Shown here: positions 49,278 to 62,000 of the stretch, one piece after another
How positions within the stretch are numbered: the stretch's first letter is position 1
Layout of the letters: each line of letters opens with the position of its first letter
Source of the DNA: Vicugna vicugna
Lineage: Eukaryota
DNA: 64,000 bases
Reading direction: 5' to 3'
Assembly: GCA_013265495.1 (NCBI GenBank)
Contig: MU058103.1
Span: forward strand, 938,870 to 1,002,869
Translations under genes and position numbers: made by a program
The notes under the pieces: model-generated
The model's database searches: none
Told to the model about the DNA's origin: nothing
Seen by the model: only the letters and a program-made list of their open reading frames with translations

Positions 49278-51044
49278 TTTCCGTCACATTTCTAAATTCA
49301 TCCTCTCTGTGCTCTATTTTAAACCCTTTGAAATCCTGTCTATCCTCCTACATCAAATCCTTTGTTGACATGCGTGACATTCTCAATTTTATCCCTAGAA
49401 CGTACCTCTCTCTTGAGCTCTAAGTAGCCCAAACTGTGTTTTGAAATGTCCCTCAGTTTCTTTACACTAAATGAGAATAATAATAGCACTAATCTCATGG
49501 GGTTACTGTGAAGATGTAATGAATGCTTTTTTTTAAAAGCACAAAGAATAATTCATGGAGTATATTGTCTTCGACTCTATGAAACTGCCATTATTTATAG
49601 GTCACACACTGATGAGTTCTAACAGTAAGCACTGTAGGATTGTTTGCCATGATTAGCAGTGGTAGTATGGTCTTCTTACCTCCACCAACACCTGAAGTAT
49701 TTTATTGCTTCGCTCATGAGACCGCACCGTAACTTTCTGCAAGGGTAACTTTATATGCACGTGTACAGCGTCCTGGCTCAGCCCCTGCAATACAGTAGGG
49801 GCTCAATTCCACTTGCTAGGCTTCCTTGCAAATAACAGCTAAAATAACCTTCCTAAAACTCAGCTGTCTCAACCATCATCTACGGCTTCATTTCTGATTG
49901 TTGTAAAATGGAAAGGACCCTGATCTGTCACCGATTAGCTGTATGACCTTGGACAAGACCCTTCATCACCCCCTCACCATGCCTCGTGGTTCCCTGTCTC
50001 TGCCCCATTGCTCACACTCTGTTCTCATCTGGAATATGCTAGCACTCCTATTCTGCTCCGTAGCTTGCCTAAACCCCCTCATCCTTCAAGCCCAAGCTGA
50101 AAAAGTCTTCCGCACATACAGGGTTTTAAAAAATTCGTGTGAAATTCTATTAAGCATCACTCACCCTTCCAGGTCATAGACAGAACTCTCAGGGCACCCG
50201 GCAGGTAGTGCAGATACTGGACTATCAGTGCATTTCTGCTGGATCCCCCCACACACAGTGTTGCACTTCAGCCACGCCATCATCCTGTGCAGTAACTCGT
50301 GCCATGTCCCCTCTTTTCAGCTGAGGAAACTGACCTTCATAGAAGCTAAATATTTTTTCTAGGAACTCTCCATTGCTGATAATTAAAACTGGAGAGTCTA
50401 ACTCGGTTGTGAGTCCTTTCCATCCTGACAGAAGCCATATGTTCGCAAAAGAATTTTCATATTCAGTGTGAACCTCAAAATTGTTCTTCACATATTAGTT
50501 TTATTTCCTGGATTAGATTAGGAGCTTCTTGAGGCTAAGAATTACATTTGATTTAACCCATCATTGTATGTCTTGCTTCATGCTGCATAATAATGACAAA
50601 AGCTGCAGTTATTGAATAGCTATAAAGTGTTGATACCAAACTATCAGCTGTTTTTAATTTTCTGCTTTTTTAAAATGAAATACATCAAAACCAACGGCAG
50701 AAAACAGATCTATTGACGTTTAACTTATAATTGTTCACTAATGATCACTTTGTTATGTAAGGGAGGAATCTGAGACAAAACCATCTAGCTGCTCAGGAAT
50801 CAAGTTGTATGAATCTGCTCTAAAGTTCAGCACATTTCACTCAGCTTCGCTGCCCCATTTATTTAAGCAGCATCGACTGAGTGTCTACTTACATGCCCCA
50901 CAGGTGTTCAAAGTTTAGAGCAGAAATGAGAAATTGCCCATTTGCTTTGCCTCTGGAAAGTTGGAAATAGGCAATGGAAAAGTTCATTTAAAATGGCCAA
51001 CCATTTTTCAATCCTGAATTTCTCTGGACATGTTGATTTCTTTT

Positions 51045-51560
51045 ATCCATTTATTTTTTTCAACAAATATTTACCGAGATTTTAGTATGCATCAGACACT
51101 GTGCCAAAGGCTAAGAATATATGTTCAGCAAGCTGAGCCTAGCCTGTCTCCACCCACCCAGTGCTCATAGTTCAGCGAGAAAAACAATCAAGAACTAAGT
51201 GATTGTAGGTGTGAGCAGGGCGAGTAAAGGGAAACGCAGAGCTTCATGGGATAGTTTCAGCCTGGAAAGACGTGCCCAGGAGGTGTCCAGGCAGAAGGAT
51301 CGTGGATGCTTCTGAGAGCTGGACTCGGTGGGATCATTGAGAAGAGCACTGAAGACAGAGAGGAGAGAAGGTACAAACCCACTGTGGTAGGAGGGAGAGT
51401 ATCAGACTACTGCACAGGAAAGAAGCGTTTTTTAAAATGTCTGGTATGAGCGGACCAGGGGCTAGAGAGGTAGGCAGAGAGCAGAGCAGATGGGCATTGC
51501 CGCCATGTTAATAAGCAGTTTGGACTTGGCTGAAAGGCAATGGAGAAGCTCTGATGGAAA
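51045..51560 (-). mobile_element. L2 fragment
   Basis: TTCAACAAATATTTACCGAG..TATGCATCAGACACTGTGC..CCATGTTAA..GTTTGGACTT..GGCAATGGAGAAGC. Confidence 0.7.
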
Positions 51561-53155
51561 TATATGTATCTTGAGTCATTTAGAGCTCATATAAACATAA
51601 AAAAAAAGCCAATTGTTCCGACCTGTCCAACGTAAAATATTAACAATGCCTACATATATACATACATTTATACATTTATGTGTGTCAAAATATCTGAAAG
51701 ATTCAGGACTTGCTGATCAGTTTTGCAAGTTTTTAGTACAGCTTGAAGAGAGGGGAACAAAAGCTTTAATTTTCTCAGCCCAGGGTGAGTTTTCAGCTTC
51801 ACTCAAAGAACAAATCACCTCCTCCTTTGTACCCCGAGTACATTTCATGGCCAAGTTAAGTGAGAGAATAAGAACGGGGACATACAGTGCTGTCTTCACA
51901 ATTGCTTTCCTGATTATAATCACACCTCAAGATGTTATTCCAGAAATTAATTATTTTATTGCTACTTTGTCATTTTCAAAGTGATAGCAAATACCAAAAA
52001 AAAAAAAAAAACTGGCTCACAGGGGTACAAAGTTGGTTTCACAGAGACCTACAGGGGATGTATGGGATTTTTTTTTCTCTTTATGCAATCAATGTTTCGT
52101 TTAGTTAGAGAGGGGCTCCAATCTATCAGACTGCTGAGAGTGCCCCTTTGAAATCTTCAGGGTGATAATTTAAGTGAAATAGAAATGGAGAGAAGGAAAA
52201 GGTCACATCCTTGGAAATCTTTAGTGATAAAGGATTTTTCTAGCTGCTTAATAAGATGGCACAGAGGGGATCAGCATTACAATTAAGTCTGCAATCTTGT
52301 TGTACCTAGTGACTCCGTCTAAATATTATCTCCATTTTACTTAGTTTCCTTATAACAATAAGGCTGATGAATTCCTCCCACCCGCCTAACCTTGTGAGAC
52401 GGCTTATTTAGCCCCGAAGTTCCCAACTGCATCTAAGGAAAATACTGTTTCCTTATTTGACTCTTCTCTTTCAGATGCCTCAGTGTAATTGCACGAGATT
52501 TACAAATTGCTTTCGAAATTCATTAAGATTCCTCAGATTCCCTTAGATCATACTATCTTTTCTGGGTGGAAACCAGAGTGGGAAAAATACAGATTTTAAA
52601 GGCAGGCAGTCTTAAATTTGAATGGTAATGCTGTCACTATTTAACTGTAAGTCACTCAACCCCGAAATCTCAGTTTCCTCATGCTGGCTTGTCAGTTTTG
52701 TGTTGGATGACATGTGTATGTAATGTGCTAGTGAGTGCCGTGTGTAGGGCTTAATCAGTGTATGCAGTTGCCCTCCCACTCTCTAGTTCTGATCTTTTTC
52801 GGGAATATCCTACCCTTTTCTCTCCAAAGTCTAGTCCTCCTATATGCCTAATTAAGCCCTCGTCATGGTACACATAATCTCTGTGTTAGTGCAAAGGATA
52901 AAATATGAATAAGGCATTTTCTGACCTTCAAGGATCTTTCCATTTAGGAAGAGGAATACATATACGTACATCTAAATCAAGTACAATACTGAACATGTTA
53001 TGAGCTGTTAGAGGAATGGAGGCTGCTGGGAGCACAGGACAGAGAGATGAATTTAAGCTGCAAGACACGGTAAACTTTCTGGGAAGGTGCCATGAGGTCT
53101 TACTGTTGAGATATGGGTAATATTAAGACCCAGAAAGATCATGGGGTATGGAAAC

Positions 53156-53529
53156 TACAAGCCCACGATACTTTTTCTGCAATTCCAAAGACCAACCCTC
53201 TCGACAAGTGAAGAGGTTTTTTTGGTTTTGGTTTTGGTTTTTGGTTTTGTTTTGGGTTTTGTAGCTCAAATGGAAGCAAAATCTAAAATAAACTGATAAG
53301 CTAGAGCCGTCGTTGATCTTTTTTGGTGTGAATATGTATATATTTTTGTTCCGGAAATATTAATAGATTTTGATGACAGTATGCCCTAGGCCCTACTGAG
53401 AGCATTATATAATATGCAATTGCTTCGGTTTATCTTTATAAAATACCCCTCCCCACCCCCTGCACCCCAAAAACCCAACAATATGATAATACATGCATTG
53501 GTTTTAGATAAGAGATTATATCATGGTAC
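53156..53529. mobile_element. MER46C-like Tigger DNA transposon
   Basis: AATTCCAAAG..GGTGTGAATAT..GAAATATTAAT..TTTGAT..TATATAATAT..GGTTTTAGATAAGAGATT; TA flanks; internal (GGTTTT)n expansion. Confidence 0.7.
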
Positions 53530-54429
53530 TTTATGAAAGCAAAGAGAGAAAAATAGGTTGTTGATGTAAGAAACTGTAGAGTGAGTTAAGAGAATATCAA
53601 GTCATTCAGTGCTGCTGGAAAGTTGAATGAGTAGACAAGTAAGCTGGCAAGTAAGAGGATTTCATTCATTCAGTCAATGATATTTACTGAGCATCTACTT
53701 TATTTTGGGCACAGTCCTAGGTGTTGAGGTTATAGCTCTGAGCACACCAAACCATTGCAATGTGGTTGTGGCCTTCCTTTCTAAGTTCCCAGCTGTTCCA
53801 GAATGGTGGCGACCCACCAGGGGTCTAATTGGAGGTGCCAGGATCAATGTGTAATGGAAACAGAGAGGTGAAGTACCTTGCTCAAGCTTTTGTACCCAGT
53901 TTAATTGTCAGAGGTGGAAAGTTGAAGTCCGTAGGCTGGCGTTAGAGCGCATGCTCATAATCCCACTACACTGTACTTCTTGTAGTTAATTAGAAACATG
54001 CAGGAGAGTCCATTTCTCTGTGGAATTTGATGATTGTGTCACCAAAGGAATGCCATAAGCTGGATCATGAGGAATGATTGAGATGTGCTGGTAACAGAGA
54101 AGAGGATCATGCTACTAGGTTGAGATGAGCTCTTCTGGGTGGGTATAGACAGACAGTACAATGGCTCAGAGCTTGTCCTTCATAAGCTTGACTGCCTGGT
54201 TTCTACCCCTCATCTGACCACTTAATAGATGGGTGATGTTGGGCTTACTGCCTCCTCTCTTTGTCTCATTTTTCTTTTCCCCCAAATAGGAGGAATAATA
54301 GTAGTCACTCCATGAGGATGAAATAAATTTCTGTCTGTCTGGGTCTTGGGGCAGTGACTGGGACAAAGATAGACAAAGTCTTTGTTCTCATGTTTGTGAT
54401 TTGAGTTGCTTCTACATAGTATTTGCTAT

Positions 54430-54610
54430 AATTTTAATTTTTCTATTATTTGTATTTATTTAATGTCTGCCTCTTCCCTCCCCTGGGAACTGTAAACTCT
54501 ATGAAACAGGGATTTAGTCTCTTGTTGATCACTGTCTCTAATACAAGTATCTCATACATAGAAGGTCTCAAGAAATATTTGTGAAAAGATGGATACATAA
54601 ATGCATGAAT
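54430..54610 (+). mobile_element. L2 3' end
   Basis: AATGTCTGCCTC..ACTGTAAACTCTATGA..CAGGGA..TCTTGTT.ATCACTGT..AAATATTTGTGAA. Confidence 0.7.
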
Positions 54611-55544
54611 AGTATAAACAGATAATCACTATACTTCCTTTAACAGACAAATCATTTAGCTTTCTTTTCTTCTTTGTCGTCTTCCTTTCTTTCTTCCCCC
54701 TTGGGAAACTTGGGCACTGAATGACTTACATTTAAAAAATGTTTTACCTAGAGTGGTCTGTTTTTGAGCTGAGCCTCTGCATTGACTTAGCAAGAAATCT
54801 TTCCTAATACGGACACCCAAGGCGAATTGCATTGTCTAGGCACACTGGATGAGGATTTAATTTCACACATCACAAACGATCAGCATCAAATTGTCAGAGT
54901 CGTATTTCATACCTTCTTTGTGGAGATCTTTAATCTTCTCAGCCCACTTTCACTGTTTCACAGTCCACTACTCTGAAACAAGGCTCCGTTAGAGCTTAAT
55001 GGGGAAAAAAGAAAGGTAAAATGACAAAAGAGAGAGTAAATGGTCACTCCCATCACCGATTTCAGGTAGTCACTCATGTCCTCAGAAGTTGCTGTAACTT
55101 TGGATCCAGTTACGCAGTGTCCCAGGAAGCCACCCTTGGGTGTGTGCAGCTTCCAGCATCTGCTTTGATTTTATCTCCAAAGGGTCTAAATGCAGGCTAC
55201 CCGACAGACCTAAGCCCACTCACCAGTATCTGCCGGGATTCCGTGGTCTTGACTTCTTAAAAGCTGACATTGTTCAGAAGTTCAGGGGCTAACTCCTTTC
55301 ATCGCAATGACACAGTGGGTTTCTAAGAAGCAGTTGGAGTGAAAGAATGATCAGTTCTGCAATATGCTACCTTTCTGCTGTTTGCTTCTGTGCTGCAACC
55401 AAAAGCAACAATCCCATCCACAGATCCTACTTCCTGGTAGTTCTCAAGCCACCCCCCCCCCTTACTCTTTATCCCCATTGATTTTTTGCCTTAGTGAGAT
55501 CCTCATCGTCCATAAGATGAACACTTCTTAGAGTAGGCTTTGGT

Positions 55545-55880
55545 AAACCACCCTCCTATTCCTTCTTTCTCACAATATAGCCGACCCCCCATCAACAGAG
55601 CATCCTCTCTATAATGCAAATCTGCTACCTTTCATCAAACCGTCCCTCCCCTAAGTAGTACAAATGTTTTAGTGTGCCAGAAAACGTCCTTAAGTTTAAA
55701 ACCCTGCCAACATTTCCAACATTTTCCATCCTTCCAGACTTAGTCCTAATAGGGTTACATTTGAAGATATGTCTCGTGAATCCACTGGACGTCAATGACC
55801 TCTGTCTCCTCTGTGTCCCATTGCAGTTTATATTTTGCTTCCATTGCATGAGCCATTACTCTGACCTCATCAGTTTGTTA
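55545..55880 (+). mobile_element. L2 fragment
   Basis: ACAGAGCATCCT..TAATGCAAATCTG..TTTAAAACCCT.CAA..CCATTACTCTGACCTCATC. Confidence 0.5.
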
Positions 55881-55927
55881 ACCTGATTGTGTTTCCAAAC
55901 TGTGATCCCCTTGAGATGTGTGACCCA

Positions 55928-56402
55928 TATTGCTCATGAGTCTATGGATCAGTATTTTTTCTAGAATTTTCTAAGCCCACCCACTCATCTGCAATCAGAG
56001 ATGAGTTGAATAGGGGGCTATGCTGATTTAATCCGGACTCTCAGATGTTTGGGGCTCAGCTGGCTATAGCTAGTCTAGAAGTGCCTCGGCTGCTCCAAGT
56101 GGGCTCTCTACCACAAGGATTCTCATCCTCCAGTAGACCAGTCCAAACTCATTCTCTTGGCAGTGGCAGGGTTCCAGGAGAGTAGAAATAATCAAAGTTT
56201 CTTGAGGTCTAAGCTTAGAACTGGCCAACCATCATTTCCATCACAGTTTACTAGTGATTTGCTCAGAAGATCAGCTCAGCAAAAGAGTTGCGGAAATACA
56301 CTCTGTCTCTTGATAAAAAGAGCTACAGCGTCACATAGCAAAGAAAACAGCTATAGGGAGGAGTGGAAAGTTGGGACTATTTTTTGTAATTGGTCTAACA
56401 CA
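55928..56402 (-). mobile_element. MLT1 (ERVL-MaLR, F/G/H-like) LTR
   Basis: CTCATGAGTCTATGGATCAG, GGCAGGGTTCCAGGAGAG, CTTGAGGTCTAAGCTTAGAACTGGC, GAAATACACTCTGTCTCTTGAT motifs. Confidence 0.7.
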
Positions 56403-56654
56403 TCTTGTAAGTAAAACCAAACATGTTTAAGCAGAGTCAAACTTCTGCCCTGAGTATTTAGGATAGTACTTGGCTCAGAGCAATAAACCACCTGTTACCA
56501 TTGGTTCAATTTGGCTGATTTATAGTAGTTATTAGAATTAGATTGATAATTGCTAAAAATCTGTTAAAAAAGAAAGAAGAGGAAAGATTTGCAGGGATGC
56601 CTACAGTCAGCTAGTCAGCAGTTTTGTAAAAGAGCGAATACTCTATGGACTGTA

Positions 56655-56790
56655 GCTACTTTGGTCTCTATTTTGCAGATGAGGAAAGGGAGGCTCTGAG
56701 CAGACAGAGGCCCAAGGTCATACAGGTAGTTTCTGGGAGAACCCAGGACTCAAAACACAGCTCTTTTTACTTCACTCTAAACGCAGTGCC
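56655..56790 (-). mobile_element. MIR SINE core
   Basis: ATTTTGCAGATGAGGAAA..GAGGCTC..GCCCAAGGTCATACAG. Confidence 0.75.
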
Positions 56791-57308
56791 TTATCCGTGT
56801 ATCCCTTTGATATTTAAGAGGCTATTTACAGTGACTTAACATCTAACCATTACCAACATGCTGGCCATTATCTTATAAAAAGGTTTTCAGGGAAGGAACA
56901 TCTGTGTAAGAGATTGCATTTATGTGAAAATCTCTTCTAGTTTATTCATCCTTACAAGGACAAAACCCAGTTTCTTTTGCAGCTATAGTTACTGTTTATA
57001 CTTTCAGTAAATTTCACATTCTCCATGTGGTTGATCAGATGCTACTTTGTATCGGAATGCCAATTAAAAGTCTGAAAAGTTTATTCTCTAAATAAATACT
57101 ACCTGAAAAGTGGAGAGGGGAAAGTTGTCCTCCTCCTGAAAAATTTCAGCTTTTTGTTAATCCAAGGAACTGAAAATATTTCAAGTCAAACATGGCCAAC
57201 TACCATCTGGCTGAGTTAGAAGTTTATTTAGTAATCTCCTTATCAGCCAAACAGCTGGAAGTCTAGATAAGTCCTGTGGATAAGAAGCCAGTGTCAACTT
57301 GTTTCCAG

Positions 57309-57404
57309 ATAATAGCAGTGGGAAAAAATATATTAGAAAAGAAGGAGTCATCCGTAGGAATTAATTTGGGAGTTTTGTTGGCACGTACTGAACTCACAGT
57401 ACTG
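57309..57404 (+). other. Candidate exon (96 nt, phase 0-0, open frame)
   Basis: Acceptor CTTGTTTCCAG and donor CTG|GTGAGT; encodes IIAVGKNILEKKESSVGINLGVLLARTELTVL, not recognised. Confidence 0.2.
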
Positions 57405-58164
57405 GTGAGTTTATCATCCGTTGAACCAGCTGGAGAACTGAAGGCTACTCCGTGTGTCATCTACAAGGTTGTGTTATTTCAGTATGTGGTTTCCAAAGTG
57501 CTTTTCTGCTGGGAAGGAGTTTCTTCAAATCTCTAAAAAGTGACACTACTATATTTTGCTTTCTGCAATAGATGTGTCACTGCAAACTTGCACACAAATT
57601 GATTTTTTTTTCTTTGTAAATGGAAACCTAATTGAAATACACTAGGGGGGAATTTGCTAGTTAAAGAAATCCTTGTGTAGTGGGAAAATTGCTTTTTCTC
57701 TTGAGAATAAGTACTCCTTAATGTATCTTTTGTGAATTTAAATTTTCATGCAATGAGTTTCGTATAGCTGAGCTTATCTAGGTACCTTAGGGCACTTGGA
57801 AAAAAATACATTAACATCAATTTAGTAATAAGCCTCTTCTGAATGCCTCCCACACCCCCAAACCATGTGAGAATTTTGCAGCTTGAAAGCATTACACATT
57901 ATTTAAGTGAATGAGTGACAAATCATGTCATTCCTTGTGTATCAGTTAACTTATGTGTATGTATCCAGTAAGCAGGTTGTTATTGTCACTTTGTTGTCAT
58001 CCTTTGTGCTTATCCTCTCTGATAGAGACCTCCATTCATTCCCTCTATGAGTCAGGGGCCAACCCTAGGCAGGAGGCAATGAAGGCAGGGTCTGCAACTC
58101 TTTGCAGCTTTCTCTTTCCCTGGAGTAGTCATTTCTTTTTGACCTACAGGTTGTCTAGTTGCAT

Positions 58165-58420
58165 TCTTTTTTTTTTAATTGAAGCATAGTCAGTTACAAT
58201 GTGTCAGTTTCTGGGGTACAGCACAATGTCCCCCCCCCCCCACATTCGTTTTCATATTCTTTTTCATGAAACGTTATTGCAAGGTATTGGATATAGTTCC
58301 CTGTGCTATACAGAAGAAATTTGTTTTTTGCCTATTTTTATATATAGTGGTTAACATTTGAAAGTCTTTAATTTATCCCTTCCCATCCCCTTTCCACCCG
58401 GTATTGGTAAGATAGTTTCT
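58165..58420 (-). mobile_element. L1 3' end
   Basis: TTTAATTGAAGCATAGTCAGTTACAATGTG..TACAGCACAATGTCC..TTCATATTCTTTT..ATAGTTCCCTGTGCTATACAG. Confidence 0.85.
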
Positions 58421-58549
58421 GTTGTAATTTCATCATGGCAGTAGTGTTTCTGTGTTGTCTGGGGATCTAAGGTCGCTGAGCCTAAAAGAGACAGGTGAGC
58501 TCCTCATCCTGAGACCAGTGATGTGGGTGCCATTCCTTTTTTGCATTTA

Positions 58550-58770
58550 CGTGATCAGGCTTTGAAGTAATAATCCACTGCTCCAGTTTACTAATTGTAT
58601 GAGTTGAGGTGAGTAATTTAGCTCCCTTTGATTCTCAGTGTTCTCATTTCTAAAGTGGATTGAAACAATCTACTCTTACAGTTGTTGAAAGCAGTAAATG
58701 AAATAATGAGTATAAAATATTTAGAAGAGAACCTAATACATAGGCAGCACATGATAAATGCTGGTGGTTC
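58550..58770 (+). mobile_element. MIR SINE
   Basis: CAGGCTTTG..CTCAGTGTTCTCATTT.TAAAGTGG..GTAAATGA.ATAATG..ACATAG. Confidence 0.65.
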
Positions 58771-59086
58771 TTATTTTCAGGAGGGACTGTTTACATACCC
58801 CAGATGCAGATTTCCAGTTTCTCAATTATCTGGTAACTATTTCCTCAAAGAGATTCTGAAATTGTTTTTATTTCACATTTTCACCCTCAGGCATCTATAA
58901 TGACATACATATATTAGCAGTTCTATTTGCTGTGATTTTTTAATTGAAGTGTAGATTATTTGCATTATTAGTTTTAGGCGTATAACATAGTGATTCAACA
59001 TTTTTATGGATTATGCTCCATTTAATGTTATTACAAAACAATGGCTATATTTCCCTGTATACATACACACACACACACACCATAAT

Positions 59087-61158
59087 TTATTCACTCATCG
59101 GTTGATGCACACTTAGGTTACAATCTTGGCTATTGTAAATAATGCTGCCATGAATTTTGGGATACATGTATCTTTTTGAATTAGTGTTTTCATTTTCTTT
59201 GGACATATACCCAGGAGTGGAATTTCTGAAACATATAGGAATTCTATTTTTAGTTTTTTGAGGAACCTCCATACTGTTTTCTACAGTGGTTGCACCAATT
59301 TACATTTCCACCAATGGTGTACAAAGATTCCCTTTTTCCCACATCCCTGCCCACATTTGTTACTTGTATACATTTCGATGACAGCCATTCTATCAGGTAT
59401 GAGGTGATATGATACCTCATTGTGGTTTTGCTTTGCATTTTTCTAATGATTAGCAATGTTGAGCATCTTTTCATGGAACAGTTCATCATATGTATGTCTT
59501 CTTTGGAAAAAAATTGTTCAGCTCTTCTGTCCGTTTTTCATTCAGGTTTTTTTTTTTATATTGAGTTGTATGAGCTGTTCATACAGTTTAGATATGAACC
59601 CCTTATCAGTCATATCATTTGCAAATATTTTCTCACCTTCAGTAGGTTATCTTTTCATTTGTCAATGGTTTCCTTTGCCTTGCAAAGGATTTAAATTTAA
59701 TCAGGTCCCAGGTGTTTATGTTTTTTCTTTTTTGGGTTTTTTTTTTTTCAGTTTTCTTTAAGAGACAGATCCAAAAAAATACTGCTATGATTTATGTAAA
59801 AGAGTGTCCTGCCTATGTTTTCCTCTAGGAGTTTTATGGTTTCCTGACATATTTAAGGCTTTACTCCATTTTGAGTTTATTTTTGTATACAGTGTTAGAG
59901 AATGTTCTAATTTCATTCTTACACATGTAGCTATCCAGTTATCGCAGCACCATTTATGGAAAAGACTGTCTTTCCTCCATTGTGTAGTTTAGCCTCCTTT
60001 GTTGTAGATTAATTGACCATGAGTGCGTGGGTTTATTTATGGGCTCTCTGTACTGTTCCATTGATCTACGTGTCTGTTTTTTGTGCCTGTACCAACTATG
60101 TTAATTATTGTAGCTTTGTAGTATTGTCTGGAGCCAGGGAGTATGATTCCTCCAGCTTTGTTCTTTCTAAAAATTGTTTTGGCTATTTGGGGTCTTTTGT
60201 TTTGAAATTTTAAAAGTATTTGTTCTAGTTCCGTGAAAAATGTCATTTGGATTTTGATAGAGATTGCATTGAACCTGTAGATTGTTCTGGGTAGTATCGT
60301 TATTTTAACAATATTGCTTCCTCCAATCCAAGAACAACTTACATCTTTTCATCTGTTTTTGGCATCTTCGATCTCTTTTATTAGTGTCATATTTTTTTTC
60401 TGAATACAGGTCTTTTACCTTTTTAGATATGTTTATTCCTAGGTACTTTTTTCTTTTGATATGATGGCAAATGGGATTGTTTCCGTAATTTCTCTTAAAG
60501 GTACTTTGTTGTTACTGTATAGAAAGGCAGCAGATTTCTGTATGTTAATTTTGTATTCTACAACTTTACTGGAACTCATTGATGAGCTCTAGTAGTTTTC
60601 TGATGGCTTCTTTAGAAATTTCTATGTATATATAGTATCATGTGGTCTGCAAACAGTGACAGTTTTGCTTCTTTCTTTCCAGTTTGGATTCTTTCTACTT
60701 CTTTTTCCTCTCTGGTTGCAGTGGTTAGGAATTTCGAAAGTCTGTTGAGTAAAAATGGCAAGAGGGGGCATCCTTGTCTTGTTCCTGATCTTGGGGGAAA
60801 TGTTTTCAGCTTTTCACTATCGAGGACGATGTTAGCTGTGGGTTTGTCATACATGGCCTTTATTATGTTAAGGTATGTTCACTTTGTGCCCACTTTCTGG
60901 AGAGCATCATAAATAGATGTTGAATTTATTAGAAGTTTTCTTCTGCATTTATTGAGATGATCATATGGTATGTATTCTTGAATTTGTTAATGTGATGTAT
61001 CACACAAATTGATTTGCAGATTTTGAAAAATCCTTGCATCCCTGGGATAAATCCCTCTTTATCAAGAAGTACAATCCTTTTAATGTGTCATTGGATTCTA
61101 TTTGCTCATATTTTGTTGAGAATTTTTGTACCTATGTTCATCAATGATATTGGCCTTT

Positions 61159-61191
<33 letters not shown>

Positions 61192-61545
61192 GTTTTTTTT
61201 TTTTTTTTTTTTTTTTTTTGGTTTGCTTTTTGTCTGGTTTCTGTACCAGGGTGATGCTGGTCTCATAGAATAAGTTCAGACTTGTTGCTTTCTCTGCAGT
61301 TTTTTGGAATAGTTTGAGAAGGATAGCTGTTAACTCTTCTCCAAATGTTTGGTAGAATTCATCTGTGAAGCCATCTGGTCCTGGACTTTTGTTGGGAGTT
61401 TTTCAATTTATTGATTCAGTTTCATTATTGGAGTTTGACTTGTTCATATTTTCTATTTTTTTTTCTGGTTCACTCTTGGGAGATTATACCTTTCTAAAAC
61501 TTGTCCATTTCTTCTAGGTTGTCCAGCTTACTGGCATACGGTTAT
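59087..61545 (-). pseudogene. L1 ORF2 remnant (RT and C-terminal regions)
   Basis: RT motifs GTRQGCPL and FADHMILY (a YxDD-equivalent FADD is mutated to FADH); fragmented over several frames. Confidence 0.9.
61161..61219. repeat. Long poly(T) tract within L1 ORF2
   Basis: About 57 T interrupted once by GG. Confidence 0.9.
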
Positions 61546-62000
61546 TCATATGAATTTTAATAATATGCTTCCAGTCTGAAATCATGAAATTTATTTATTT
61601 TCATTTATTTGTATCATTTTTTTTCACATTCTTTCATCAATGTTTTAATAGTTGGCAGAGTATAGGTCTTTCATGTTCTTGGTTAAGAAGATGGAAAATA
61701 TGACATCAAAAACACAAAATGTGGGGGAGGGGATTTTAAAAATGTAGATCTTTTGTGTTTGAACTTAAATGACTACCAGTGTAATGTGTTTGAACTTCAG
61801 TGATTTTTCATGTTTGTGTTTAACCCTTCATTGCTTTTTGTAGTTTCTTTTACAATTGGGTTTTGTCTTTTATGTTTGCACTAGCTTATGAAAGTGGTTG
61901 ATCTTCAGCCTTTACTATATATTTGCCTTTATTTGTGTGTGTGTGTGTTACTTTCTTTCCTATAGATTCTTACTTCTTGTTCTATTCTATTATTTTCCAC

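Noticed and set aside
51613..51984. 123-aa ORF in unique sequence
   Set aside because: Non-ATG start, no recognisable motif and no convincing splice context; length is compatible with chance in 64 kb.
61161..61219. Poly(T) tract as the tail of a separate retro-insertion
   Set aside because: The flanks continue L1 ORF2 at a naturally T-rich position with no TSD or body; more likely slippage expansion or homopolymer assembly error.
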